64,000 bases of DNA. Origin: an uncultured delta proteobacterium (GTDB lineage Bacteria > Desulfobacterota > Binatia > UBA9968). A program made the position numbers and the translations under genes. The stretch covers positions 1-64,000 of the forward strand of contig CAVSHR010000002.1 of NCBI GenBank assembly GCA_963727625.1, given 5' to 3'. Below are positions 1 to 8,772 of this stretch, in pieces; position 1 is the stretch's first letter; the number at the start of each line of letters is the position of its first letter. A model generated the notes under the pieces. It searched no databases, had not been told where the DNA came from, and worked only from the letters and a program-made list of their open reading frames with translations.

Positions 1-15
1 CACCGCATCGATACC

Positions 16-1755
16 TCATCCGGAAATAAATTCATCGGCGGCGTTTTTTACTATTCTGGATCTAACCTCTTTAATATACCGTATTTTCATAATCTCTTCG
101 CGAGTTCGCCTGAACAACATTGCCGACCAATGGAAACGAGGGCTTAACCGGCGCGCCTTAATCTATCACTAATGGAAAGTGCCGAAACCGGTTCGTCAAG
201 CAATCCACTGATAATAGAGTCACCTCTACTTTCTCACCACATTCACCGCAAAATTTTGCGCTCGGTGTCAAAGAAGCGGAACATCGCGAGCATTGATCAG
301 ATGCATCCTTCAGAAATCTTAAGTAAGTTTCGATTTGTGGGTCGTTGCTTGAAAGTCTCGGTAATCGGTGAGGCTAATCGCGCCGATTGCTTCTGTCAAT
401 TTTGGGCTCGAAAACGCCTTTTCTGTGGATAGCAAAGCTAGATGGACCATGTAACGCAAGCCTGTTTGCCGTTCCGCTATCTTCACAGTTCCTTTATTGA
501 TCAAAACACCTGAATAACACAAGATGTCTAACGCGAGTTTGAGGTTCGGAGAAATATCTCTTTGACAAGTAAAAAAGGCGGACTGATAGCCGCTTTTAGT
601 TTGGCGATGGTTTTTTGTTCTAATTTCCGGGATCAAGTAGCCTCGCAACAAGTCAAGACCAACACGCACATGCGGAGCAAACTTTGGCAATCGTTTCGCC
701 AGATTCTGATGGTAGGGAAGCAATTCTTTATCAATAAAATCCTGAGTAGCGAGTCCAACCGCGCGTTCTGAAAACCCTCCGTCTAACGCACGATTAAGCA
801 GGTGAAGAAATGCTCGTGGGTTTCCGGTCGATAAATCTATGCAAAGATCCAGCAGTTCTCCATTCTGGAAAATTTTTTTTCTAAGTGAACTCTTGGGCGG
901 AATGCGTTTGTCGATTATTGACCTAAATTGGTCTCGATTCATCTTGCGACCAGAAGCGCCAGGCTCAAATCTATCCATCGATAAAACAATTGCGTCCTGG
1001 CCTACTTCGAAGTTGCGACCATATGACGTTACAGACGGATAAACCGCCGCTTTGGCCGCTATTTTTCCGCCATGTAAAAGCTTGAAGATTTCAAAAAATA
1101 TCTCCTGTTGAGACGGAATAAACGTGTGTGCGGCTTCGTCGAACAGAAATACGACTCTTTGCAATTCAAATTGGTCAATTACGTTCTTAACAACTTCTGC
1201 GAGAAATCCGGTATCAAGGACGCTGTCTAGGAATTCATTCCCGATTTGTTTCAAAAGGAGTTCTTTGTCGCCTCCCAAGCCTAATTTCTGAAGCTGATGT
1301 ATTTTCTCCTGAAGGAAACTCTTGGTCTTCTCAACAGATCTAATGCCAAATATCTTCTCGTATGGGTCATCGTCACCCGCCCTTCCCACTAGGTCCAAGA
1401 AGACGAGTTTATCGTGCAACGCCTGGAGGATTTTGGCGTTCACCCATACGTGAAAGCCATCCCGCTCACCAGCTTTGACACCTTCGAGTAAGGTGCTTGT
1501 TTTGAAATTGACGTAAACGGCAAGCCGCTTGTCGTTCTTAAACACCGAATCCATTTCAATCTCAGCCAAGCGCAGCAGCATCGATTTGCCCACACCACGA
1601 GCACCCTCTAATAGATGAGCACCGCTGTTTTTTAAAGTTGAAATAATATTCTGCTCGAAGCTTCCAATTACGGATAGTTCTTTAATTTGTTCGTATAGTA
1701 GATCCTCGCTTCTTGCTGCTTGAAGCAATTCCGCGGTGTTTTCTGGAGGTGCCAT
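16..1755 (-). CDS. P-loop ATPase (ORC/CDC6-like AAA+/STAND-like) with frameshifted C-terminal zinc ribbon and helical tail
   Basis: ORF 319..1755 has Walker A GARGVGKS and Walker B VFLFDE. Alternative frames below ~350 continue as CSRC..KFCGECG, SIISGLLDEPVSALSISDRL and REEIMKIRYIKEVRSRIV..NAADEFISG*, with the stop at 16-18. Confidence 0.7.
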
Positions 1756-1766
1756 AATTCAATCCT

Positions 1767-2474
1767 TTAGGTGCGAGCTATTTGGGGGAATTGTTTGTGA
1801 ATACTGCTGTTAACATCATGGAACCTGTTTTGAAATAATTTTAAGAGCAAATTTTCGACTGTATCTACGAGTGACAGGTGGGTTTGCCAGTCCTCTTTTG
1901 TAAATTTGAAGCGGTCAGGTAATACCGACTCAAAGGTGGATATTTTACCATGAACCGTATCGCTTAATGACCCATAAATTCGCTTCGCTTCCGAGACTTC
2001 GATAATGGTCGAGCCGTTAAAGGAGCTATTTGCAGATTTCACAAAGGTAACATATTGGGGGGCATTGACGTGATCTACCATCTCAGAAAAATTTAAATCA
2101 TGGTCGTGCTGTTTCCAGCCATAAAATTTGTGAGGAAGATCCCATAAATAAACAATGGCAACTCCTAATTCGAGAACTCGTCGTAAAACGATCTGTGCTG
2201 GCTTATCGAGAGCGCAGGCAGCTAAATACAACGATGATATGACATCGGCGAATAATTCGTTGAAGATGGGCAATATTTCCCTCTGAGCAGGCGTGATGGT
2301 GTTTGTTTGAGAAAGAATGCGACCGACCGCATCGAGAGCTCTTGCTTTTAGCTCCACGCTACACAACGTCTCGGCTGAGAACCGAATGGAGGAGTTCAGG
2401 TTATCGGAGAATTTACCATTTAAGTCTCTGAACACCGTGCTGATATCGCTTGGTTTCTTGTATATATCTTCCAT
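1767..2474 (-). CDS. HEPN-like (DUF5677/AbiU2-like) helical protein
   Basis: Likely start MEDIYKK at 2474; motifs AQIVLRRVLE and IYGSLSDTVHG; low GC; ends 11 nt upstream of the ATPase start. Confidence 0.55.
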   Translation of the reverse strand: MEDIYKKPSDISTVFRDLNGKFSDNLNSSIRFSAETLCSVELKARALDAVGRILSQTNTITPAQREILPIFNELFADVISSLYLAACALDKPAQIVLRRVLELGVAIVYLWDLPHKFYGWKQHDHDLNFSEMVDHVNAPQYVTFVKSANSSFNGSTIIEVSEAKRIYGSLSDTVHGKISTFESVLPDRFKFTKEDWQTHLSLVDTVENLLLKLFQNRFHDVNSSIHKQFPQIART

Positions 2475-2580
2475 TCCCAGATCTCCTAACGGAAGGGCGC
2501 TCACAGTCACCAACGGAAAGCTTTTCCGATCTCCCCATATTGTGGGGAAACGGAGACCCAGTTGTGCCGAAGGTGCCGCT

Positions 2581-2610
2581 AGTATAGCAACGGCAAGACG
2601 AGCGCGGCAA
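2581..2610 (-). promoter_or_regulatory. putative sigma70 promoter for the HEPN-like/ATPase pair
   Basis: Minus strand reads TTGCCG-N18-TATACT with extended -10 TGn. Confidence 0.4.
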
Positions 2611-2699
2611 ATATTGGAGCAATTAAAGGGGACATCTCTAAACGGGACGGCCCTGTCAAGCATCCAGAGGTTGATTTCCTGTCCTAGTGGTTGGTCACG

Positions 2700-2938
2700 C
2701 GAGAAAATGGCCTCCGTGTTTCCCTTATAACGCACGATCTCTGTCCGAGGTGAACTCGGCTAATCCCCTGGTTCTGGCCCACCGCCGGTGTGGTGGATCA
2801 ACTTGTGGGTGGCAACCCAATCATCTCTTCGCGCTTTTCCCAGCGCATGATCTCTGATCCGGCGGGTCTCCTCTTTAGGAGAGGCGCAGCTGCCCAATCA
2901 TTCTGTCGGTCCGTTGTGGACCAGTCCCCATTACGGGC
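2700..2938 (-). ncRNA. candidate IS110 bridge/seek RNA region
   Basis: Non-coding segment directly after the recombinase stop, with twice-repeated ATGATTGGG and CAGAGATCRTGCG motifs and short hairpins. Confidence 0.5.
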
Positions 2939-3946
2939 TCACTGCGCGTTGCCACCGCGTTTTAAAAACTGCTGATAGTCGATGCGATCTTTCATCATAT
3001 GAAAAATGATGCCCAGGAGTTTGTTCGCGGCGGCCACCCGGGCAATCTGTTTGCCTCGTCTCTTAAGCACCCCGAGGTAGTGCTTGCGAGCATCGCCCTT
3101 GTCGATGCGGACATGCCAGAGAGCGGCCTGAATCAAAAGCGATCGCACCATGCGATTGCCCTCTTTAGTGATGTGCCCATGTCTTTCTCGGTCTGCGCTC
3201 TGTCGTACCCTCGGCGCCAATCCGAAATAGCTAGAAAGCTTCTTGGCCTTAGAGAATCTGTCGATGGTGCCAATCCAGCAGTTCGTGGCCGCGGCACTCA
3301 GCGGGCCCACGCCGGGGATTGTCATCAGCCGTTTGGATTCCGTATCCTCTTCGGCAATCTTTTTTAACTCGGTATCCAGTCCGCGAAGCTGGCGGTTGAA
3401 AAACGCCAAAAGCTCTGCGTCCTCCTCGACGATTCGCGGCCCATAGCCACTGAGTTCTTCCACCTTGAGGACCGGTGGACGCATCCGGTGAAAAGTCATT
3501 CCAGGATCCATATTCCTTTTGGCGTAAAGCGCATGGACCTCATTGATCACTGCAGTGCGCTGACGCACTAGACGAGCACGATGGGTGAGAAGTTCCCGAA
3601 TGTAGCGCTGCTTTGCAGGTGGGATCCACACGGTGGGAAGCAAATCTGACTTCAACAACTTCGCCAACATCAAGGCGTCCACTTTGTCCGACTTCAATCG
3701 CGCCGAGGCAATGGCCTTGGTCTGCTTGGGATGCGACATAATGACTTCATGACCGCTCTTCTGAGCGAGATCCACAAACCACCACCACGAACCCGTTGCT
3801 TCGAGCGCGATCTTGCTTTGCGGGGGCAATTTCTTCAAAACCTTCTGCACCGTGGCTCTGTTGTTCGGAAACCGAAGCTGCGATGCCGGCTTCGGTTCCC
3901 GCAGCGTGGCCAACTGTGATACTCTTTTGTGCAAATCAATACCCAC
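2939..3946 (-). CDS. IS110 family transposase/recombinase (DEDD RuvC-like + Tnp20 domain)
   Basis: Motifs GIDLHK, IALEATG, KSDKVDA, LMTIPGVG, YFGLAPRVRQS. Confidence 0.93.
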   Translation of the reverse strand: MGIDLHKRVSQLATLREPKPASQLRFPNNRATVQKVLKKLPPQSKIALEATGSWWWFVDLAQKSGHEVIMSHPKQTKAIASARLKSDKVDALMLAKLLKSDLLPTVWIPPAKQRYIRELLTHRARLVRQRTAVINEVHALYAKRNMDPGMTFHRMRPPVLKVEELSGYGPRIVEEDAELLAFFNRQLRGLDTELKKIAEEDTESKRLMTIPGVGPLSAAATNCWIGTIDRFSKAKKLSSYFGLAPRVRQSADRERHGHITKEGNRMVRSLLIQAALWHVRIDKGDARKHYLGVLKRRGKQIARVAAANKLLGIIFHMMKDRIDYQQFLKRGGNAQ

Positions 3947-4034
3947 ATTCTAAATTTCTAATTCTTTTCTTGGCCGGCCTCGTGATCTTTCGCCGACGCT
4001 CAATATTTCTATTCTTAGTGCTGGCTTTTACCGT

Positions 4035-4126
4035 GCCGCTGGCTTGCGGGATTTTCGGAGTCGCGTTTGCCGATGTTGTCGTCCAGCCATTTGGTAACGG
4101 TCCCGGGAGTCACTTTGCGTTTGGGG
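4035..4126 (-). repeat. copy A of repeated gene 3' end (KWLDDNIGKRDSENP)
   Basis: Aligns by eye with 6003-6095 and 6389-6470; contains a frameshift and a stop. Confidence 0.85.
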
Positions 4127-4181
4127 AAAATTCTTGCGGAAATCAAACAGTTAACTCCACGCGTTCATTCGGGTCAAATCT

Positions 4182-4455
4182 TTACTTTTGAATAAAGAGG
4201 CGCTCCACTCTCTCCATCGATTGCGCCGCATCCCGATTACGGTCAGCCATTTCTCTTAGCCTCTTTCGTTCCCGGCTGACTGCGCTGTAGTCAAGGTCGC
4301 CCAGATAGTTCCCGATCTCAGCCTGGCTGATCCGACTAAACCGATGCATCGCCTCCATCACCATTGCCCGCTCATCTCGATATCGCGTCCTCTTTTTTCG
4401 CGATATCCTCCGGTTTGATCCGGTAATGCCGACTCACCGTTTCCAACAAGCGATA
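4182..4455 (-). pseudogene. C-terminal remnant of REP-associated tyrosine transposase (DnaA-C-like HTH)
   Basis: LLETVSRHYRIKPEDI / frameshift / RAMVMEAMHRFSRISQAEIGNYLGDLDYSAVSR; flanked by GGGTCAAATCTT (4171-4182) and GGTCCAGGTCTTGCAAT (4458-4474). Confidence 0.55.
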
Positions 4456-4582
4456 AAGGTCCAGGTCTTGCAATGATACATTGTCACAGTGAGGCGCCGT
4501 CGGTCTGTTCGACCGAAATCTCGGTTCAACCATCTCAGACGTAACGCGAACGACCCCCACTTCGTGCATTTAGGTCATTGGC

Positions 4583-5278
4583 TCAAGACTGTGAGCACTC
4601 GTAATAAGAACGATGGCCTTCGCTATCCACCAATTCCCAAGGCTGACCCTTTTGGTCTTTACGAGGAACAGGCCACATTCCGGGCAGCTCGCGTTTCACT
4701 ACTGGCGCTTTGTCTCGTAGCCGAACCAGAACGTTGATCGTGTCGTTGTCGGGCTCGGAGGGCTCGCAGACTACACAATTTCCTGCCTTCTTTGAGCTAC
4801 ACCAGTCACGAAGCACGTCTGCAGCCTTTCCAGCGGCAGGACCGAATCGAAGATTATTCAGCACCTGGTCATTGTCGCTTGGCATGAGCGTGAAAATGGG
4901 CTTGAACGTCCGCTCCTTTTCTTGGGTACTGCGCCATTGGTCTGCTACTTGGCCCGCTGGCGTTACGTCCTTAATGTACACACCGTCCGCAACTTGAACG
5001 TGTCTGCCCGACTTTTCACTGAGGCACGCCAGAAAGCTTGCCATTGCCTCGGTTGAGGCACTCCCAGGAGAAGACGACCACTTGGAGAGATCAAGTTTTC
5101 CCGCTGTTTCGCCCACAAGCTCTAACTTCATGCCTGTCGCGTCATTGTGTGGAAGCAAAGACCGGCAGGCTTCGATGTATGGATCAGATGGAGGAAAAAG
5201 ACGATGTATAGCAAACGCCACTATCACGATTAGCCCTACTGCAACTACAACTTTTACCACGGGGAATTGTTTGTCCAT
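4583..5278 (-). CDS. hypothetical membrane-anchored Cys-containing protein
   Basis: 231 aa ORF with N-terminal hydrophobic helix and several Cys. Confidence 0.65.
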   Translation of the reverse strand: MDKQFPVVKVVVAVGLIVIVAFAIHRLFPPSDPYIEACRSLLPHNDATGMKLELVGETAGKLDLSKWSSSPGSASTEAMASFLACLSEKSGRHVQVADGVYIKDVTPAGQVADQWRSTQEKERTFKPIFTLMPSDNDQVLNNLRFGPAAGKAADVLRDWCSSKKAGNCVVCEPSEPDNDTINVLVRLRDKAPVVKRELPGMWPVPRKDQKGQPWELVDSEGHRSYYECSQS

Positions 5279-5294
5279 ATAAATCTGAATTGGT

Positions 5295-5918
5295 CTATTT
5301 GTTGCACTGGCGTAAATTGCGAGCGGCGGCCCACGATGCCTTGAACATCATCCAGAGCCCGGATACTCGGTACTCAATACAGCCCGGCGACAGAGTGAAG
5401 TCCTTTTGCCGGCGTACCAGAGATGTAGAGAAACCTCCCGAACCCGGTTTCCTGTACCAATCCATCGCAGTATTGCTAAATGCTTCAACCACATACGATT
5501 TGACATCACGCGAATCGAGAGATTTCACAGCGGATTTGATTGCCTGCTCACTGATTGTGGTCGGCTGGTCAATGAGCTGATTCACGGCTCCTACAATCAT
5601 GTATGTTGCGATCAGGGGCACTAGTTGGTCAGAATTAAGTTTCCCCGCTTCCTCAAGCTGTCGAATGGCGGGCATATTGGGTGATTGTAGGATAACTTTG
5701 CCAGACAATTGTGTTGATACAATCGCCGCAGCGCGCTGCTCAATGTCAGGCGAGAATAAGTTGAAATCGACGGTGCACCAGTTGCCGCTTTCCGAAGCCG
5801 AGCAACTCGTGTTGCCCTTGCCCTCCGCTTTGACACTTGGACACGTGCACTGTGCCGCTAAAGCTGAATTTCCAAAAAGCAGAAGGAGGGCGATGAAGGT
5901 AGTGAATAGCTTTATCAT
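5295..5918 (-). CDS. hypothetical secreted Cys-rich protein
   Basis: Signal peptide MIKLFTTFIALLLLFGNSALA; RBS AGGAG; several Cys. Confidence 0.7.
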   Translation of the reverse strand: MIKLFTTFIALLLLFGNSALAAQCTCPSVKAEGKGNTSCSASESGNWCTVDFNLFSPDIEQRAAAIVSTQLSGKVILQSPNMPAIRQLEEAGKLNSDQLVPLIATYMIVGAVNQLIDQPTTISEQAIKSAVKSLDSRDVKSYVVEAFSNTAMDWYRKPGSGGFSTSLVRRQKDFTLSPGCIEYRVSGLWMMFKASWAAARNLRQCNK

Positions 5919-5978
5919 TTAATTCTCCTAAGTTTTTAGTGTGGGGCGCTCCGTTGCCGTCGACTTAGCACCAAGAAT

Positions 5979-6350
5979 TTACGTCTTCACCGGCTTCCGC
6001 CTTGCCGCTGGCTTCCGGGGATTCTCGGGGTCGCGTTTGCCGATGTTTTCGTCCAGCCACTTTCTAACTGTCGCGGGAATCGCTTTGCGTTCGGGGTCGT
6101 CGTAGTCGTAGTACAGCGCGTAGATCTCGGCGAAAAACTCGTACAGGGACATGGCCGCGTAGTTGTCCGGCATCTTGGCGACGAGATTGAGCGCGGCGGC
6201 GTCGACGACCATGAAGCTCGCGTACCAGTAGTTGAGGGCGAAGGCTTTTTTGCCGGCGCGGTGCCAGGTTTTGAAATTCTCGAACCAGTTCTTTTGACCT
6301 GTTTTCTCATAGGCGAGCCGGGGGCCGAAGTTGTTTCTCCACCAGCGCGG
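5979..6350 (-). pseudogene. C-terminal fragment of a probable zincin-like metallopeptidase gene; contains repeat copy B
   Basis: Frame is open from ~6350 without a start codon (..NWFENFKTWHRAGKKAFALNYWYASFMVVD..YAAMSLYEFFAEIY..KWLDENIGKRDPENPRKP). Confidence 0.55.
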
Positions 6351-6383
6351 TTATTCCAGGGACACAATACAAATTTCTATTCT

Positions 6384-6470
6384 TCATGCCGGCTTCCGCC
6401 TTGCCGCCGGCTTGCGGGGATTTTCGGGGTCGCGTTTGCCGATGTTTTCCTCCAGCCATTTGGCGACGGT
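6384..6470 (-). repeat. copy C of repeated gene 3' end (KWLEENIGKRDPENPRKPAARRKPA*)
   Basis: Near-identical to 5991-6070. Confidence 0.85.
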
Positions 6471-6472
6471 GA

Positions 6473-6510
6473 AATTAATCGGAATTAATCGGGAATTAAT
6501 CGGGGTCAGA
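6473..6510. repeat. AATTAATCGG x3 tandem repeat abutting GGGGTCAGA motif
   Basis: Units at 6473, 6483 and 6494. Confidence 0.85.
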
Positions 6511-6672
6511 GAGCATTTCCGGGTGGTAGCTAGGGCTTGGCCTGGATAGATTACGCGAGCGACACGGCCAAGCCGACTTGCACCAGAGATGGTGCACGGG
6601 TGAATCACAGTGATTAGATCCATTCGCATCGTGATTTTGTCAAAATAACTAGAATAAACCTTGATCCACAAC

Positions 6673-8409
6673 CTACGCGAAGAGTTTGCGATCGAGAATT
6701 TTCCGTGGATCTGTAAAGTCCTCGGCCCACCAGGGCTCTTCGCCCGCCTTCCTTGGGGGCTTGGCGAGGGTGAGTTTCTTTTTGGCTTTCTTGGCCTCCT
6801 CTTGAATCACTCGAAAGTGGTAATGGTCGAAGAGCCGCAAGGCTTCGATGGTGTAGGAGACCGCGATGCGGCGGTCGCGGATGAGCAGCAGATTTTCGCC
6901 GTTTTTGATATCCGCCGGGGAGGAGAAGTTATACGAGCCGAGATAGACCCGCGCGCTGGGCTTGTCGAAATCGATCACCACGAACTTGTGGTGCATGCGG
7001 TTGCCGACGCCGCCGGCAAGACCCGTGGGTTCCGACTTGAACGGTTCCGGGAGGTTCTTGGTCAGTGCCGCAGGCCGAACCGGCGAGACTTTGCCGTCGG
7101 GTATCTGCAGATCCAGACCGGCAAGCCGACCTTTGACCTTTCTGTCCGAAATGCCGTAGACGAAGCTGTTCTTGCGTTCCGACACTTTTATGATCGCGTC
7201 CTGGATCGGCCCCGGCGTTTGATAGAGAAACGCCAGCGAATAGAAAAGATTCGATTTGGTGCTTTCGATGTCGGCGGCTACTTTTTCCAATAGGGCGTTG
7301 TCCGCCCCGTGGGGTGAAAATGCGACCTTGGCGTTGATCGCCGGCAAGCCGAGGCTTGTCCAGTTGGCGGACGGCGTCTTGCCAAATCCCTTGACCGAGT
7401 CGTTCTGCCAGTAGTCATCAAACGCAGCGAGGAAAGGCTTGGATGCCTTCTTGCCGCGGAGAATCACGGCGTTGTTCGCCTGCACGAAGAAGCCGCGCCA
7501 GGTGAAGTTGGTGGAGCCGCACACCACGGCTTGCACCTTCGGGCCGTCGACGACGATGGTCTTGTTGTGCTGCAGGTTGCTCATGTGGTGCCGCTTCACA
7601 TTCGCGGCGCCGGCCGAATCGCTGAGAATCTGGGCCGCGTGCGTCTCGGCTGAATCCGGTTTCTTGTGGGCGCCGCTGTTGTCGATGATGATTTTCAGTC
7701 GGGCGCCCAGCTTCTTTAGCCGCGACACGACATCCGGCTCGCACAAGTCATAGGCGACCACGAAAACTTTTGCTTTCTTATCAGCGATCGCCTGGTCGAG
7801 CACTTCGAGTATCGCGCTGCGCGCCTCGAAACCCATCCACGTCAGAGCCTCTCCAGCTTTGGGATGGGTCGGAACGAAGTCCAGTCCCTCGTCGGCCTTG
7901 GCCGGGATCAGGGTCGAGAGAGAGTCCTTGTCGGGCGCGAACCGGTCCACGAACGCCTGCGACGACACGAAGCCGCGGGTGAAGGTGACGTTGAGTTTGC
8001 CCGGGTAGGTCTCGCGCCGCAGCTCGATCGCCGCTTCCTGCGGCTCGCCGTGGCTCAGCTCGTCCAGGTCATTCATAAAGACCGGCGTGACCCGGTAGAC
8101 GAACTCACCGGGGAGTTCGGCGTTGCGCGGGAAGTGGACCCAACGGAACTTCTGGATCGGCGAACGCATTGTCGAAAGCCGAGTCGGGTCCACTGCGCCG
8201 CCCGGGCCTGGGAATGAAAGGCGGTTTTTCAAGGCGAAGAACTTGTCGCCGCCCGGCTCCTTGTATTCGATCGCAAAGCCGACGAAGTCGTCAGGCGGCT
8301 TGCCTTTCTTCCAATTCATTGCGACCAGGGCCATGCCGTCGCCGCGGTGCAGCTTGAGAGTGAATAGAGCCGCGTTATTTTGACCAGTGACCTGAAATTC
8401 CCCTGCCAT
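6673..8409 (-). CDS. phospholipase D superfamily protein (two HKD motifs)
   Basis: HNKTIVVD..GSTN and HHKFVVID..GSYN; RBS GGAGG. Confidence 0.9.
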   Translation of the reverse strand: MAGEFQVTGQNNAALFTLKLHRGDGMALVAMNWKKGKPPDDFVGFAIEYKEPGGDKFFALKNRLSFPGPGGAVDPTRLSTMRSPIQKFRWVHFPRNAELPGEFVYRVTPVFMNDLDELSHGEPQEAAIELRRETYPGKLNVTFTRGFVSSQAFVDRFAPDKDSLSTLIPAKADEGLDFVPTHPKAGEALTWMGFEARSAILEVLDQAIADKKAKVFVVAYDLCEPDVVSRLKKLGARLKIIIDNSGAHKKPDSAETHAAQILSDSAGAANVKRHHMSNLQHNKTIVVDGPKVQAVVCGSTNFTWRGFFVQANNAVILRGKKASKPFLAAFDDYWQNDSVKGFGKTPSANWTSLGLPAINAKVAFSPHGADNALLEKVAADIESTKSNLFYSLAFLYQTPGPIQDAIIKVSERKNSFVYGISDRKVKGRLAGLDLQIPDGKVSPVRPAALTKNLPEPFKSEPTGLAGGVGNRMHHKFVVIDFDKPSARVYLGSYNFSSPADIKNGENLLLIRDRRIAVSYTIEALRLFDHYHFRVIQEEAKKAKKKLTLAKPPRKAGEEPWWAEDFTDPRKILDRKLFA

Positions 8410-8610
8410 GACCGGCCTCCCTCTGGACTCCGTGGAACTAAGCTAAAGCTTTACTCGCGGTTTCCGCCGTGGCGCTGCCTTGTGTCCGGCTTGTATCGCG
8501 AAAATTTTCTCGAATCCAATATAAAATTCCTATATCACTGATATAGGAAAAGCTTATATCACTTCTCTCGCTGATCGCCGATTGCTGGTGGAAAAAACGA
8601 CGCGAATAAA

Positions 8611-8764
8611 CAGCAGGCTGCGGGTTATCGGACCCACCGTGCGAACGATTCCGTCACCCCCGAATGTGTTTATCGGGGGTCCAGATCCGGACCCGCCTGG
8701 ATTCCCGCTTAAAGCATGCGGGAATGACGAACTTCGGACGCAGCAAGCTGCGGGTAATGAACCC
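8611..8764. repeat. composite REP-like element
   Basis: Direct repeats CAGCARGCTGCGGGT (8611, 8741) flank a two-hairpin unit GTCACCCCCGA..TCGGGGGTCCAG / TGGATTCCCGC..GCGGGAATGAC (8653-8729). Confidence 0.65.
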
Positions 8765-8772
8765 TTGGCGAT

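Larger units (their letters stand above)
2636..3946 (-). mobile_element. IS110-family insertion sequence (long non-coding end downstream of the gene; left end apparently missing)
   Basis: Recombinase ORF plus ~300 nt downstream non-coding segment ending in an outward TTGACA. Boundaries are approximate. Confidence 0.75.

Noticed and set aside
2475-2735. N-terminal 87 codons of ORF 1767..2735
   Set aside because: Overlaps the IS110 non-coding end and promoter-like DNA; start at 2474 preferred
4035-6470. Three tail repeats as a CRISPR array or integron attC array
   Set aside because: Repeats are ~90 bp, protein-coding, diverged and irregularly spaced; no cas or integrase genes and no attC-like palindromes
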